Source: Balanoglossus misakiensis
Lineage: Eukaryota; Animalia; Hemichordata
Direction: 5' to 3'
DNA length: 64,000 nt
NCBI GenBank assembly: GCA_040954595.2
Contig: CM082590.2
Coordinates: 2,480,001-2,544,000, forward strand
Part shown: positions 11,102-25,500 of the stretch, in pieces
Position numbering within the stretch: position 1 is the stretch's first letter
Layout: each line of letters begins with the position of its first letter
Program-made: the position numbers and the translations under genes
Notes under the pieces: generated by a model
The model's input: only the letters and a program-made list of their open reading frames with translations
Databases searched by the model: none
What the model was told of the DNA's origin: nothing

Positions 11102-11432
11102 AGGGACAAAGTGTCTCTCTCGCTGCCCTTTTTACCATTAATTATGTTTGATACAAGACATCGTTTATGTTGGCTGTATAGTGAATCAATGTTCGACCAA
11201 ACACAACTTCCACCCCACTTGTACACACAAGAATGAAAAAACTCGCCAAAATGAATAATCGGTGTTTACCATTTATTCATTTTTGCGAGATTTTTACTCT
11301 CAGATTCTACAAACGGGATGAAAGTTGTTGGTTGAATGTTGATTCACTATATAGCCACATGTAGAATAACATAAATGGGTTCATGTATCAAACTTAATTG
11401 AACAATGGTGGCGAAAGAGAGACTTTGCCCCT
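11102..11432. mobile_element. Kolobok-type MITE (331 bp), cognate to the element end at 9343
   Basis: TTAA|AGGGACAAAGT...ACTTTGCCCCT|TTAA, and the whole element is quasi-palindromic. The empty site (ccaactttaatwttccTTAAakaattggtcagc) is seen at ~10711-10743 and ~12714-12746. Confidence 0.92.
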
Positions 11433-11502
11433 TTAAACAATTGGTCAGCTCTGCGAATATAGTTCACCTGACCACTTCCTTTGCTAAGTAAGAGTGTTGT
11501 TT

Positions 11503-11847
11503 ATATAATGATATCAATATAATATTTATTACTTATATAGCACATTACACAATAAATCTCAATGTGCTGCTTCAAAGTGTTTCCCATGGTAATTTGACCT
11601 AGGTCGGTGGACCTAAAATATTCCATCCCACTCCATGGGGAGCAAACAACAGCTCACATGTGCAGCTTTTATATCAGCACAGCAGACCTAAACATACTCA
11701 TTACAATATCGGATCCACCAAATTACCTTTTCTTATGGGCGGGGAGAGGCAAGGAGATGTAAACACCACAACACCACAACCATGCCAGGGATCAAACCCT
11801 TGATTCTTTGATTATGGGTCTGATGCTCTAACGACTGGACTATGACT
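11503..11847 (-). mobile_element. tRNA-derived SINE, near full length
   Basis: The minus-strand head has an A box (TAGTCCAGTCGT) and a degenerate B box (GGTTTGATCCC). The body includes CTCCCCATGGAG and ends in an AT-rich tail ...GTGCTATATAAGTAATAAATATTATATT. Confidence 0.7.
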
Positions 11848-12810
11848 TTATGTGGCACAATGACCTTTCCATTTAGTGCCTTGTTCAGCTCTCAGTCAGG
11901 GTTTAAGCAAATATGGAAACATGCATATTAGGCTCTTTGAATTTCCAAAAATTCAGTGTGTCAGCTCCCATTTCCCAAGACCAGTTCCCGTGCTAAATAA
12001 AAGTGCTGTGTGTGGCATAATCATTTTTCCGTCTGCTGTGACATTTGTCTCCCTGTGAGAGTTTAAGTAAATGTGGAGACACGCAAATTAGGCAATCCCA
12101 TATATCCCATACATAATTCAGTGTGTTTTGTTCACATTTTTGGTTTTTATTTTGAAAATGAACAAAGGAGTTTCCTATCATTGAGCAACTCACTCCATTA
12201 ACAGTTGCTCGATATGCAGGCTAACTTGCTAGATCACTAAAGACTTAAAGCATGTTGAGGTTGGTGCCCCAAACCCTCTTGAAGACAACTGGTTGCTAAC
12301 GATTGCCAATTAGGCAATTTGGATATTCTACACATAACACAGTTTGTCAACTTTGAGAATACTGTTCTCAATACTATTTCCCATGCTTAATAGAAGTGTT
12401 GAGTAACAGTATGTGGTAGAATGGCATTCCTATACGTTGCCTTCTTTTGCTCATTATCACGGTTTCAGTAAATTTAGAGACACGCAAGTTTAGCAGCTTG
12501 AATTTCTCATAACACAGTTTTGAGCTCCGAGAACACAGTTCTCATGAACATTTCCCATGCTCCATAAAAGTGTTGTGTATGTCTTACAATGATCTTTCCA
12601 TACGCTGCCTTGTATAGCTGCTGTTAATAATTCAAGTTAATGTGGAGACGTATTAGGCAACATCAACGTCCCATACATAACACAGTTTGTAGGTATGAAT
12701 ACATCCAAAATACCCAACTTTAATTTTCCTTAAAGAATTGGTCAGCTCTGCAAATATATTTCACCTGACCACTTCCTTAGCTAAGTAAGAGTGTTGTTTA
12801 TGTAATATTA

Positions 12811-13442
12811 TCATACATGCAACGCCTGTATTTAACACTTTCTATTGTTCTCGCCCCGAAGATATTTTACGGTATTTCACAATGTGAAAATATCGCGTCC
12901 ACGTCTCGGCGTGACAGTTCACTGCGCGCGCGAGCGACACACGGGGCATAGTGGAGAGGGGTGTTGTAAAATTCGGTTATTAGAAGCTGTAATAAAGTTT
13001 TCAAAGCTGGCGGTTTTGTCATGTTGAATGCATCATTTTTAGTTCTTCGAAATTCTCAATGCAAAATAATTGTTAACATGATATTTTGAAAGAGAACGTA
13101 GACAATTTTATTTAGAATGTGGATGTGCCCATCGTAATGAAAGCTGCCAACCCCCTTAAAATGATACTACGGCCCACACGTCATACGTCACAACATGGCT
13201 ACTGCCGTGATCCCAGCGCCCGGTTCAAATTTGAAATTGTTTTTCTCGGCGCATTTCTGCAAATCGTACTGTTTTATAGGTAGGCATGTATGATAAAGAG
13301 GTTATTACACGAATTTTGGTCGATAACGCGACGCATTCTCGTGATGTCTGTATTTTGACTCGTTGCGAAGCGCAACTCATCAAAATACGGACATCACTCG
13401 AATACGACGCGTTATCGACCAAAATTCGTGTAATAACCCCTA
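12811..13442. mobile_element. Hairpin-ended non-autonomous element (Crypton-like) inserted in the SINE tail
   Basis: Flanked by AATATTA at 12804-12810 and 13443-13449, with the empty site at ~10800. The terminal TATCATACATGC is inverted at 13284-13295 and followed by a ~140 bp palindrome (13300-13438). Confidence 0.75.
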
Positions 13443-13575
13443 AATATTAATATAATATTTATAACTTATGTAGCACATTAAATCTCAACATGCTTTAAAG
13501 TTGTCCCATGGTAATTTGACCTAGGTCGTTGGACCTTACTATTCCATTCAACTCCCTGGGGAGCAAACAACATCT
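13443..13575 (-). mobile_element. SINE 3' half abutting the start of the satellite
   Basis: Near-identical to 10804-10935. Confidence 0.65.
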
Positions 13576-13583
13576 CACCATCA

Positions 13584-16500
13584 TTAGAAATGTCAAATTA
13601 CAGTGCTTTTGGCCACGTATTAACCTGGGGATTTACAATCAACTTTAAATCCACATATGCACCATATTCCAATGTCAATGTGAAGGGCTTGAAATACCAT
13701 CTACCCTGATGCATCATCAAGTTTGTTTCGACAACTTTAAATCCCCTTCAGCAAGCATTTTATACCCATGTCAAAGTGCAGAGCTTGCATCACCATCTAT
13801 CCTGATGCATCATCAAGCTGCTTCGCCATTTGCCCTGATGCAAAGAATCAGATATAGTGTCACCATTGCATTAGCAATGTCAAATTACAGTGCTTTTGGC
13901 CAGGCATTAACCTGGGGATTTACAATCAACTTTAAATCCCCATATGCACTATATTCCAATGTCAATGTGAAGGGCTTGAAATACCATCTACCCTGATGCA
14001 TCATCAAGTTTGTTTCGACAACTTTAAATCCCCCTCAGCAAGCATTTTATACCCATGTCAAAGTGCAGAGCTTGCATCACCATCTATCCTGATGCATCAT
14101 CAAGCTGCTTCGCCATTTACCCTGATGCAAAGAATCAGATATAGTGTCACCATTGCATTAGCAATGTCAAATTACACTGCTTTTGGCCATGTATTAACAT
14201 CGGGATTTATAATCAACTTGAAATCCCCATATGCTTTTTATACCCATGTCAAAGCGAAGTGTTTGCATCACTATCTACAGTAATGCATCGTCAAGCATGC
14301 TTCGCCATTTGCCGTAATGCAAAGAATCAGATTCAATGTCACCATTGCATTCGCAATGTCAAATTACTGTGCTTTTGGCCACATATTAACCTGGCGATTT
14401 ACAGTCAACTTTAAACATCAGTGCATATGCATTAAATACACATGTCAAAGTGCAGTGTCTCCATCACCATTGATCCTGATGCATCATCAAGCATGCTTCG
14501 TTATATGCCCTGGTGCAAAGAATCAGATTTAGTATCACAGTAGCATTAGCCATGTCAAATTACAGTGCTTTTGGCTATGTATTAACCTAGGGATTTACAC
14601 TCAACTTTAAATCCCCATATGCATTATATGCCAATGTCAATGTGAAGGGCTTGAAATACCATCTACCCTGATGCATCATCAAGTTTGTTTCGCCATTAAC
14701 CCTGATGCAAATAATCAGTGTCACCATAGCATTAGCAATGTCAATTTACTGAGCGTTTGGCCATGTATTAACTTGGGGGTTTACAATCAACTTTAAATCC
14801 CCATATGCATTATATTGCAATGTTAACTTGAACGGCTTGAAACACCATCTATACTGATGCATCATCAAGCTTTCTTTACAATTTACCCTGATGCAAAGAA
14901 TCAGATTTAGTGTCGCCATAGCATTAGCAATGGCAAATAAAAGTGTTTTCGGCCACATATTAACCCAGGGATTTATAATCAACTTGAAATCCCCATATGA
15001 ATTTTATACCCATGTCAAAGCGAAGTGCTTGCATCAATATCTACCGTGATGCATCATCAAGCTTGCTTCGCCATTTGCCCTAATGCAAAGAATCAGATTC
15101 AATGTCACTGTAGCATTAGCAATGTCAAATTACAGTTCGTTTGGCCGTATACTAACCTGGGGATTTACAATCAACTTTAAATCCCCATATGCATTATATT
15201 CTAATGTCAATGTGAAGGGCTTGAAACACCATCTATCCTGATGCATCATCAAGCTTGCTTCACCATTTTCCCTGATGCAAAGAATCAGATTTAGTGTCAC
15301 GGTAGCATTAGCAAATCCCCATATGCATTTAACACCCACGTCAAAGTGAAGTGTTTGCATCCCTATCTACCGTGATGCATCATCAAGCTTGCATCGCCAT
15401 TTACCCTGATGCAAAGAATCAGATTCAATATCATCGTTGCATTAGCAATGTCAAATTACAGTGCTTATGGCCACGTATTAACCTGGGAATTTACAGACAA
15501 CTTTAAATACCCATGCATATGCATTAAATACCTATGTCAAAGTGCAGAGCTTGCATCACCATCTATCCTGATGCATCATCAAGCTGCTTCGCCATTTGCC
15601 CTGATGCAAAGAATCACATTCAATGTCACTATTGCATTAGCAATTTTAAATTACAGTGTTTTTGGCCATGTATTAACCTAGGGATTTGCAATTAACTTTA
15701 AATCCCCATATGCGTTATATTCCAATGTCAAGTGAAGGGCTTGAAACACCATCTATCCTGATGCATCATCAAGCTTGCTTCACAATTTACCCTGATGCAA
15801 AAAAATCACATTCAGCGTCACCATTTCATTAGCAAGGTCAAATTACAGTGATTATGGCCACGTATTAACCTGGGGATTTACAGACAACATTAAATACCCA
15901 TGCATATACATTAAATACCTATGACAAAGTTCAGAGCTTGCATCACCATCTACTCTGATGCATCATCAAGCTTGCATCGCCATTCCCCCTAATGCAAAGA
16001 ATCAGATTCAATGTCACCCTTGCATTAGCAATTTTAAATTACAGTGCTTTTGGACATGTATTAACCTAGGGATTTTCAATCAACTTTAAATCCCCATATG
16101 CGTTATATTCCATTGTCAATGTGAAGGGCTTGAAACACCATCTGTCCTGATGCATCATCAAGCTTGCTTCACAATTTACCCCGATGGAAAGAATCAGATT
16201 TAATGTCACGGTAGCATTAGCAATGTCAAACTACAGTGCTTATGGCCACGTATCAACCTGGGGATTTACAATCAACTTTAAATCCCCATATGCGTTATAT
16301 TCCAATGTCAATGTGAAGGGCTTGAAATACCATCTACCCTGATCCATCATCAAGCTGCTTCCCCATTTGCCCTGATGCAAAGAATCAGATATAATGTCAA
16401 CATGGCATTAGCAATGTCAAATTACAGTGCTTTTGGACACGTATTAACACAGGGATTTATAATCTACTTGAAATCCCTATATGCTTTTTATACCCATGTC

Positions 16501-19500
16501 TAAGCGAAGTGTTTGCATCACTATCTACTGTGATGCATCATCAAGCATGCTTCGCCATTTACGCTGATGCAAAGAATCAGATTCAATGTCACCATTGCAT
16601 TAGCAATGTCAAATTACAGTGCTTTTGGCCATGTATAAACATCGGGATTTATTATCAACTTGAAATCCCCATATGCTTTTTATACCCATGTCAAAGCGAA
16701 GTGTTTGCATCACTATCTACAGTAATGCATCGTCAAGCATGCTTCGCCATTTGCCCTAATGCAAAGAATCACATTAAATGTCACTGTTGCATTCGCAATG
16801 TCAAATTACTGTGCTTTTGGCCACGTATTAACCTGGCGATTTACAGTCAACTTTAAATCCCCATATGCATTATATTCCAATGTCAATGTGAAGGGCTTGA
16901 AAAACCATCTACCCTGATGCATCATCAAGTTTGTTTCGCCATTAACCCTGATGCAAATAATCAGTGTCACCATAGCATTAGCAATGGCAAATAAAAGTGC
17001 TTTCGGCCACATATTAACCCAGGGATTTATAATCAACTTGAAATCCCCATATGAATTTTATACCTATGTCAAAGCGAAGTGCTTGCATCAATATCTACCG
17101 TGATGCATCATCAAGCTTGCTTCGCCATTTGCCCTAATGCAAAGAATCAGATTCAATGTCACTGTAGCATTAGCAATGTCAAATTACAGTTCATTTGGCC
17201 GTTTACTAACCTGGGGATTTACAATCAACTTTAAATCCCCATATGCATTATATTCTAATGTCAATGTGAAGGGCTTGAAACACCATCTATCCTGATGCAT
17301 CATCAAGCTTGCTTCACCATTTTCCCTGATGCAAAGAATCAGATTTAGTATCACGGTAGCATTAGCAATGTCAAATTACAGTGCCTATGGCCACGTATTA
17401 ACCTCGGGATGTACGGACAACTTTAAATACCCTTGCATATACATTTAATACCTATGTCAAAATGCAGAGCTTGCATCACCATATACTCCAATGCATTATT
17501 AAGCTTGCTTCACCATTTTCCCTGATGCAAAGAATCAGATTAAATGTCACCGTTGTATTAGCAATGTCAAATTAAAGTGCTTTTGGACTTGTATTAACCC
17601 AGGGATTTACAGTCAACTTTTAATCCCCCTGTATACATTTTAAACCCCGGTGTCAAAGTTTAGTGATTGCATCACCATTGACCCTGGTGCATCATCAAGC
17701 ATTCTTCAGAATTTGCCCTGATGCAAAGAATCAGATTCAATGTCACCCTTGCATTAGCAATTTTAAATTACAGTGCTTTTGGACATGTATTAACCTAGGG
17801 ATTTACAGTCAACATTAAATACCCATGCACATGCATTAAATACCTATGTCAAAATGCATAGCTTGCATCACCATCTACTCCAATGCATCATTAAGCTTGC
17901 TTAGCCATTTCCCCTAATGCAAAGAATTACATTCAATGTCACCATTTCATTAGCAATGTCAAATTACAGTGCTTTTGGATGCGTATTAACCCAAGGATTT
18001 GTAATCAACTTGAAATCCCTATATGCATTTAATACCCATGTCAAAGTGAACTGTTTGCATCACTATCTACCGTGATGCATCATCAAGCCTGCATCGCCAT
18101 TTACCCTTATGCATAGAATCAGATTCAATGTCACCGTTGCATTAGCAATGTCAAATAAAAGTGCTTTTGGCCATTATTAACCTAGGGATTTACAATCAAC
18201 TTTAAATCCCCATATGCATTATATTCAAAAGACAATGTGAAGGGCTTGGAACACCATCTATCCTGATGCATCATCACGTTTGCTTCACCATTTATCCATA
18301 TTCAATGTCACCCTTGCATTAGTAATTTTAAATTACAGTGCTTTTGGCCATGTATTAACCTCGGGATTTAGAGTCAACTTTAAATATCAATGCGCATGCA
18401 TTAAATACCCATGTCAAAGTGAAGTGTTTGCATCACTATCTACTGAGATGCATCATCAAGCTTGCATCGCCATTTACCCTGATGCAAAGACTCAGATTCA
18501 ATATCATCGTTGCATTAGCAATGTCAAATTACAGTGCTTATGGCCACGTATTAACCTGAGGATTTACAGTCAACATCAAATACCCATGCATATGCATTAA
18601 ATACCTATGTCAAAGTGCAGAGCTTGCATCACCATCTACTCTGATGCATTATTAAGCTTGCTTCACCATTTTCCCTGATGCAAAGAATCAGATTAAATGT
18701 CACCGTTGTATTAGCAATGTCAAATTAAAGTGCTTTTGGACTTGTATTAACCCAGGGATTTACAGTCAACTTTTAATCCCCCTGTATACATTTTAAACCC
18801 CGGTGTCAAAGTTTAGTGATTGCATCACCATTGACCCTGGTGCATCATCAAGCATTCTTCAGAATTTGCCCTGATGCAAAGAATCAGATTCAATATCACC
18901 CTTGCATTAGCAATTTTAAATTACAGTGCTTTTGGACATGTATTAACCTGGGGATTTACAGTCAACATTAAATACCCATGCATAGGCGTTAAATACCTAT
19001 GTCACAATGCATAGCTTGCATCACCATCTACTCTGATGCACCATTATGCTCGCTACGCCATTTCCCCTAATGCAAAGAATGACATTCAATGTCACCATTG
19101 CATTTGCAATTGTAAATTACAGTGCTTTTGGCCATGTATTAACCTAGGGATTTTCAATCAACTTTAAATCCCCATATGCGTTATATTCCATTGTCAATGT
19201 GAAGGGCTTGAAACACCATCTGTCCTGATGCATCATCAAGCTTGCTTCACAATTTACCCCGATGGAAAGAATCAGATTTAATGTCATGGTAGCATTAGCA
19301 ATGTCAAACTACAGTGCTTATGGCCACCTATCAACCTGGGGATTTACAATCAACTTTAAATCCCCATATGCGTTATATTCCAATGTCAATGTGAAGGGCT
19401 TGAAATACCATCTACCCTGATGCATCATCAAGTTTGTTTTGACAACTTTAAATCCCCTTCAGCATGCATTTAATCCCCATGTCAAAGTGCAGAGCTTGCA

Positions 19501-22500
19501 TCACCATCTATCCTGATGCATCATCAAGCTGCTTCGCCATTTGCCCTGATGCAAAGAATCAGATATAGTGTCACCATTGCATAAGCAATGTCAAATTACA
19601 GTGCTTTTGGACACGTATTAACACAGGGATTTATAATCTATTTGAAATCCCTATATGCTTTTTATACCCATGTCTAAGCGAAGTGTTTGCATCACTATCT
19701 ACTGTGATGCATCGTCAAGCATGCTTCGCCATTTGCCTTAATGCAAAGAATCAGATTAAATGTCACTGTTGCATTCGCAATGTCAAATTACTGTGCTTTT
19801 GGCCACGTATTAACCTGGCGATTTACAGTCAACTTTAAACATCTGTGCATATGCATTAAATACGCATGTCAAAGTGCAGTGTCTCCATCACCATTGATCC
19901 TGATGCATCACCAAGCATGCTTCGCTATATGCCCTGATGCAAAGAATCAGATTTAGTATCACAGTAGCATTAGCCATGTCAAATTACAGTGCTTTTGGCT
20001 ATGTATTAACCTGGGGATTTACAATCAACTTTAAATCCCCATATGCATTATATTCCAATGTCAATGTGAAGGGCTTGAAATACCATCTACCCTGATGCAT
20101 CATCAAGTTTGTTTCGCCATTAACCCTGATGCAAATAATCAGTGTCACCATAGCATCAGCAATGTCAAATTACTGAGCATTTGGCCATGTATTAACTTGC
20201 GGGTTTATAATCAACTTCAAATCCCCATATGCATTATATTGCAATGTTAACTTGAACGGCTTGAAACACCATCTATACTGATGCATCATCAAGCTTTCTT
20301 CACAATTTACCCTGATGCAAAGAATCAGATTTAGTGTCGCCATAGCATTAGCAATGGCAAATAAAAGTGCTTTCAGCCACATATTAACCCAGGGATTTAT
20401 AATCAACTTGAAATCCCTATATGAATTTTATAACTATGTCAAAGCGAAGTGCTTGCATCAATATCTACCGTGATGCATCATCAAGCTTGCTTCGCCATTT
20501 GCCCTAATGCAAAGAATCAGATTCAATGTCACTGTTGCATTAGCAATGTCAAATTATAGTGCGTTTGGCCGTATACTAACCTGGGGATTTACAATCAACT
20601 TTAAATCCCCATATGCATTATATTCTAATATCAATGTGAAGGGCTTGAAACACCATCTATCATGATGCAACATCAAGCTTGCTTCACCATTTTCCCTGAT
20701 GCAAAAAATCAGATTTAGTGTCATGGTAGCATTAGCAAATCCCCATATGCATTTGATACCCATGTCAAAGTGAAGTGTTTGCATCACTATCTACCGTGAT
20801 GCATCATCAAGCTTGCATCGCCATTCACCCTTATGCAAAGAATCAGATTCAATGTCACCGTTGCATTAGCAATGTCAAATTACAGTGCTTATGGCCACGT
20901 ATTAACCTGAGGATTTAGTCAACATTAAATACCCATGCATATCCATTAAATACCTATGTCAAAGTGCAGAGCTTGCATCACCATTTACTCTGATGCACCA
21001 TTAGGCTTGCTACGCCATTTCCCCTAATGCAAAGAATCACTTTCAATGTCACCATTGCATTAGCAATTTTAAATTACAGTGTTTTTGGCCATGTATTAAC
21101 CTATGGATTTGCAATTAACTTTAAATCCCCATATGCGTTATATTCCAATGTCAAGTGAAGGGCTTGAAACACCATCTATCCTGATGCATCATCAAGCTTG
21201 CTTCACAATTTACCCTGATGCAAAAAATCACATTCAGCGTCACCATTTCATTAGCAATGTCAAATTACAGTGCTTATTGCCACGTATTAACCTGGGAATT
21301 TACAGACAACTTTAAATACCCATGCATATACATTAAATACCTATGTCAAAGTGCAGAGCTTGCATCACCATTTACTCTGATGCACCATTAGGCTTGCTAC
21401 GCCATTTCCCCTAATGCAAAGAATCACATTCAATGTAACCATTGCATTAGCAATTTTAAATTACAGTGTTTTTGGCCATGTATTAACCTATGGATTTGCA
21501 ATTAACTTTAAATCCCCATATGCGTTATATTCCAATGTCAAGTGAAGGGCTTGAAACACCATCTATCCTGATGCATCATCAAGCTTGCTTCACAATTTAC
21601 CCTGATGCAAAAAATCACATTCAGCGTCACCATTTCATTAGCAATGTCAAATTACAGTGCTTATTGCCACGTATTAACCTGGGAATTTACAGACAACTTT
21701 AAATACCCATGCATATACATTAAATACCTATGTCAAAGTGCAGAGCTTGCATCACCATCTACTCTGATGCATCATTAGGTTTGCATCGCCATTCCCCCTA
21801 ATGCAAAGAATCAGATTCAATGTCACCCTTGCATTAGCAATTTTAAATTACAGTGCTTTTGGACATGTATTAACCTAGGGATTTTCAATCAACTTTAAAT
21901 CTCCATATGCGTTATATTCCATTGTAAATGTGAAGGGCTTGAAACACCATCTGTCCTGATGCATCATCAAGCTTGCTTCACAATTTACCCCGATGGAAAG
22001 AATCAGATTTAATGTCACGGTAGCATTAGCAATGTCAAACTACAGTGCTTATGGCCACGTATCAACCTGGGGATTTACAATCAACTTTAAATCCCCATAT
22101 GCGTTATATTCCAATGTCAATGTGAAGGGCTTGAAATACCATCTACCCTGATGCATCATCAAGTTTGTTTTGACAACTTTAAATCCCCCTCAGCATGCAT
22201 TTAATCCCCATGTCAAAGTGCAGAGCTTGCATCACCATCTATCCTGATGCATCATCAAGCTGCTTCGCCATTTGCCCTGATGCAAAGAATCAGATATAGT
22301 GTCACCATTGCATAAGCAATGTCAAATTATAGTGCTTTTGGACACGTATTAACACAGGGATTTATAATCTATTTGAAATCCCTATATGCTTTTTATACCC
22401 ATGTCTAAGCGAAGTGTTTGCATCACTATCTACTGTGATGCATCGTCAAGCATGCTTCGCCATTTGCCTTAATGCAAAGAATCAGATTAAATGTCACTGT

Positions 22501-25500
22501 TGCATTCGCAATGTCAAATTACTGTGCTTTTGGCCACGTATTAACCTGGCGATTTACAGTCAACTTTAAACATCTGTGCATATGCATTAAATACGCATGT
22601 CAAAGTGCAGTGTCTCCATCACCATTGATCCTGATGCATCACCAAGCATGCTTCGCTATATGCCCTGATGCAAAGAATCAGATTTAGTATCACAGTAGCA
22701 TTAGCCATGTCAAATTACAGTGCTTTTGGCTATGTATTAACCTGGGGATTTACAATCAACTTTAAATCCCCATATGCATTATATTCCAATGTCAATGTGA
22801 AGGGCTTGAAATGCCATCTACCCTGATGCATCATCAAGTTTGTTTCGCCATTAACCCTGATGCAAATAATCAGTGTCACCATAGCATCAGCAATGTTAAA
22901 TTACTGAGCATTTGGCCATGTATTAACTTGCGGGTTTACAATCAACTTTAAATCCCCATATGCATTATATTGCAATGTTAACTTGAACGGCTTGAAACAC
23001 CATCTATACTGTTGCATCATCAAGCTTTCTTCACAATTTACCCTGATGCAAAGAATCAGATTCAATGTCACCATTGCATTAGCAATGTCAAAATACAGTG
23101 CTTTTGGACACGTATTAACACAGGGATTTATAATCTACTTGAAATCCCTATATGCTTTTTATACCCATGTCTAAGCGAAGTGTTTGCATCACTATCTACT
23201 GTGATGCATCATCAAGCAAGCTTCGCCATTTACGCTGATGCAAAGAATCAGATTCAATGTCACCATTGCATTAGCAATGTCAAATTACAGTGCTTTTGGA
23301 CACGTATTAACACAGGGATTTATAATCTACTTGAAATCCCCATATGCTTTTTATACCCATGTCAAAGCGAAGTGTTTGCATCACTATCTACAGTAATGCA
23401 TCGTCAAGCATGCTTCGCCATTTGCCCTAATGCAAAGAATCACATTAAATGTCACTGTTGCATTCGCAATGTCAAATTACTGTGCTTTTGGCCACGTATT
23501 AACCTGGCGATTTACAGTCAACTTTAAATCCCCATATGCATTATATTCCAATGTCAATGTGAAGGGCTTGAAAAACCATCTACCCTGATGCATCATCAAG
23601 TTTGTTTCGCCATTAACCCTGATGCAAATAATCAGTGTCACCATAGCATTAGCAATGGCAAATAAAAGTGCTTTCGGCCACATATTAACCCAGGGATTTA
23701 TAATCAACTTGAAATCCCCATATGAATTTTATACCTATGTCAAAGCGAAGTGCTTGCATCAATATCTACCGTGATGCATCATCAAGCTTGCTTCGCCATT
23801 TGCCCTAATGCAAAGAATCAGATTCAATGTCACCCTTGCATTAGCAATGTCAAATTACAGTTCGTTTGGCCGTATACTAACCTGGGGATTTACAATCAAC
23901 TTTAAATCCCCATATGCATTATATTCTAATGTCAATGTGAAGGGCTTGAAACACCATCTATCCTGATGCATCATCAAGCTTGCTTCACCATTTTCCCTGA
24001 TGCAAAGAATCAGATTTAGTATCACGGTAGCATTAGCAATGTCAAATTACAGTGCCTATGGCCACGTATTAACCTCGGGATGTACGGACAACTTTAAATA
24101 CCCTTACATATACATTTAATACCTATGTCAAAATGCAGAGCTTGCATCACCATATACTCCAATGCATTATTAAGCTTGCTTCGCCATTTTCCCTGATGCA
24201 AAGAATCAGATTAAATGTCACCGTTGTATTAGCAATGTCAAATTAAAGTGCTTTTGGACTTGTATTAACCCAGGGATTTACAGTCAACTTTTAATCCCCC
24301 TGTATACATTTTAAACCCCTGTGTCAAAGTTTAGTGATTGCATCACCATTGACCCTGGTGCATCATCAAGCATTCTTCAGAATTTGCCCTGATGCAAAGA
24401 ATCAGATTCAATGTCACCCTTGCATTAGCAATTTTAAATTACAGTGCTTTTGGACATGTATTAACCTAGGGATTTACAGTCAACATTAAATACCCATGCA
24501 CATGCATTAAATACCTATGTCAAAATGCATAGCTTGCATCACCATCTACTCCAATGCATCATTAAGCTTGCTTAGCCATTTCCCTTAATGCAAAGAATTA
24601 CATTCAATGTCACCATTTCATTAGCAATGTCAAATTACAGTGCTTTTGGATGCGTATTAACCCAAGGATTTGTAATCAACTTGAAATCCCCATATGCATT
24701 TAATACCCATGTCAAAGTGAACTGTTTGCATCACTATCTACCGTGATGCATCATCAAGCCTGCATCGCCATTTACCCTTATGCATAGAATCAGATTCAAT
24801 GTCACCGTTGCATTAGCAATGTCAAATAAAAGTGCTTTTGGCCATTATTAACCTAGGGATTTACAATAAACTTTAAATCCCCATATGCATTATATTCAAA
24901 AGTCAATGTGAAGGGCTTGGAACACCATCTATCCTGATGCATCATCACGTTTGCTTCACCATTTATCCATATTCAATGTCACCCTTGCATTAGTAATTTT
25001 AAATTACAGTGCTTTTGGCCATGTATTAACCTCGGGATTTAGAGTCAACTTTAAATATCAATGCGCATGCATTAAATACCCATGTCAAAGTGAAGTGTTT
25101 GCATCACTATCTACTGAGATGCATCATCAAGCTTGCATCGCCATTTACCCTGATGCAAAGACTCAGATTCAATATCATCGTTGCATTAGCAATGTCAAAT
25201 TACAGTGCTTATGGCCACGTATTAACCTGAGGATTTACAGTCAACATTAAATACCCATGCATATGCATTAAATACCTATGTCAAAGTGCAGAGCTTGCAT
25301 CACCATCTACTCTGATGCACCATTAGGCTTGCTACGCCATTTCCCCTAATGCAAAGAATCACATTCAATGTCACCATTGCATTAGCAATTTTAAATTACA
25401 GTGCTTTTGGCCATGTATTAACCTGGGGATTTACAATCAACTTTAAATCCCCATATGCGTTATATTCCAATGTCAATGTGAAGGGCTTGAAACACCATCT

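Larger units (their letters stand above)
10310..12800. repeat. Degenerate local repeats and segmental duplications
   Basis: CATAACACAGTTTG...TTCTCA...AATAAAAGTGTTGTGT units recur at ~10325, 10430, 11950, 12330, 12505 and 12675. The block ATTGGTCAGCT...CACCTGACCACTTCC occurs at ~10735, 11440 and 12737. Confidence 0.7.

Noticed and set aside
11775-11847. tRNA gene
   Set aside because: The B box is mutated, I could not fold a full cloverleaf, and the sequence continues into a SINE body and tail.
15215-15260. Hammerhead ribozyme (GAAAC...CTGATG) in satellite monomers
   Set aside because: The core is CTGATGC rather than CTGATGA, and there is no room or complementarity for stems I and III.
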